A stretch of 24,000 nt of DNA, taken from positions 4,776 to 28,775 of the forward strand of contig JAEOTE010000067.1 of NCBI GenBank assembly GCA_016839945.1, written 5' to 3'. A program made the position numbers and the translations under genes. The notes below the pieces were generated by a model. The model worked only from the letters and a program-made list of their open reading frames with translations, did not search any database and had not been told where the DNA came from. Shown here in pieces: positions 23,441-24,000 of the stretch; positions within the stretch are counted from its first letter, which is position 1, and each line of letters begins with the position of its first letter. This DNA comes from Candidatus Heimdallarchaeota archaeon. GTDB taxonomy: Archaea > Asgardarchaeota > Heimdallarchaeia > Heimdallarchaeales > Heimdallarchaeaceae.

Positions 23441-24000
23441 ATGAGCTCAAAAGATAAACCTCATTTGAATTTAGTAATCATAGGTCACGTTGACCACGGA
23501 AAATCTACAATGACAGGTCATTTATTGTATCTCTGTGGTAGTGTGTCAGATAGAGACATACAAAAATTCGAGAAAGAAGCTGAATTAATCGGACGAGGTA
23601 GTTTCAAATTCGCTTGGGTTTTAGACAAGCTGAAAGAAGAGCGAGAAAGAGGTGTAACTATCGATCTTGCATTCTATAAATTTGAAACTAAAAAACATTA
23701 TTTCACCATTATTGATGCTCCTGGACATCGTGACTTCGTGAAGAATATGATAACAGGAACCTCACAAGCTGATGCCGCAATATTGGTTGTCAGTGCAGGA
23801 ACTGGTGAATTTGAAGCAGGAATTAGTACAACTGGACAAACAAGAGAACATGCTTTACTAGCAAAAACCTTAGGTGTTGACCAAGTAGTAGTTGCAGTCA
23901 ATAAAATGGATCTTGCTAAATATAAGAAAGAACGTTTTGATGAAATTAAAGATGAAATGGAAAGAAACCTCAAGCTTTTTGGTTTTGACATGAAAAAGGT
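23441..24000 (+). CDS. tuf: Translation elongation factor 1-alpha (aEF-1A/EF-Tu), N-terminal part; the gene runs off the right edge
   Basis: Not in the ORF track because it is open-ended. The ATG at 23441 is preceded by AAAGGTG. Translation: [30 protein letters not shown]...[62 protein letters not shown]...[25 protein letters not shown]. Confidence 0.93.
   Translation, partial: MSSKDKPHLNLVIIGHVDHGKSTMTGHLLYLCGSVSDRDIQKFEKEAELIGRGSFKFAWVLDKLKEERERGVTIDLAFYKFETKKHYFTIIDAPGHRDFVKNMITGTSQADAAILVVSAGTGEFEAGISTTGQTREHALLAKTLGVDQVVVAVNKMDLAKYKKERFDEIKDEMERNLKLFGFDMKK

Noticed and set aside
1-24000. CRISPR arrays, transposases/IS ends, integrases, prophage or defence-island signatures.
   Set aside because: No spaced direct repeats, terminal inverted repeats, or nuclease/integrase-type ORFs were seen. 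Every sizeable ORF is accounted for by housekeeping or eukaryotic-signature protein families, or by hypothetical proteins of normal composition.

Overview
Visibly AT-rich archaeal chromosome segment, densely packed with housekeeping genes on both strands. I see no CRISPR array, transposase, integrase or other mobile-element signature. Recognised genes, in order:
- aEF-2 N-terminus (partial, minus strand, left edge) and ribosomal protein uS10.
- A minus-strand RNA-modification-like block: archaeosine tRNA-guanine transglycosylase, an LSm protein, and a PUA/PAPS-reductase/2x[4Fe-4S] enzyme. Directly upstream of that enzyme sits a MoxR AAA+ / vWA pair.
- An RNase-H-fold protein, and both subunits of DNA polymerase D (DP2 at 9296..12871, DP1 at 18751..20337), which are not linked.
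- An archaeosortase-family membrane protein, a gelsolin-domain protein, and an Urm1-like ubiquitin-fold protein ending in HGG.
- tRNA-Ser(UGA), a type IA topoisomerase, glutaredoxin-like and MazG-like proteins, Sec61beta, and an intron-containing tRNA-Arg(UCU).
- A Roadblock/LC7 protein, an STT3/AglB oligosaccharyltransferase, and the start of EF-1alpha (partial, right edge).

The combination of gelsolin, Urm1-like, Roadblock, LSm and an STT3-like AglB with PolD in a low-GC genome suggests an Asgard (Loki-type) archaeon. That is inference, not proof.

The most interesting items:
1. A start-less zinc-ribbon coding segment lies upstream of the PUA/PAPS-reductase gene. It is separated from an ATG (in a TAATG overlap with the vWA stop) by an A9 homopolymer, which implies a frameshift.
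2. The MoxR-vWA-PP-loop/Fe-S operon sits next to an ArcTGT that appears to lack a PUA domain. It is a candidate uncharacterised RNA-modification system.
3. A co-directional archaeosortase / gelsolin / Urm1 cluster.
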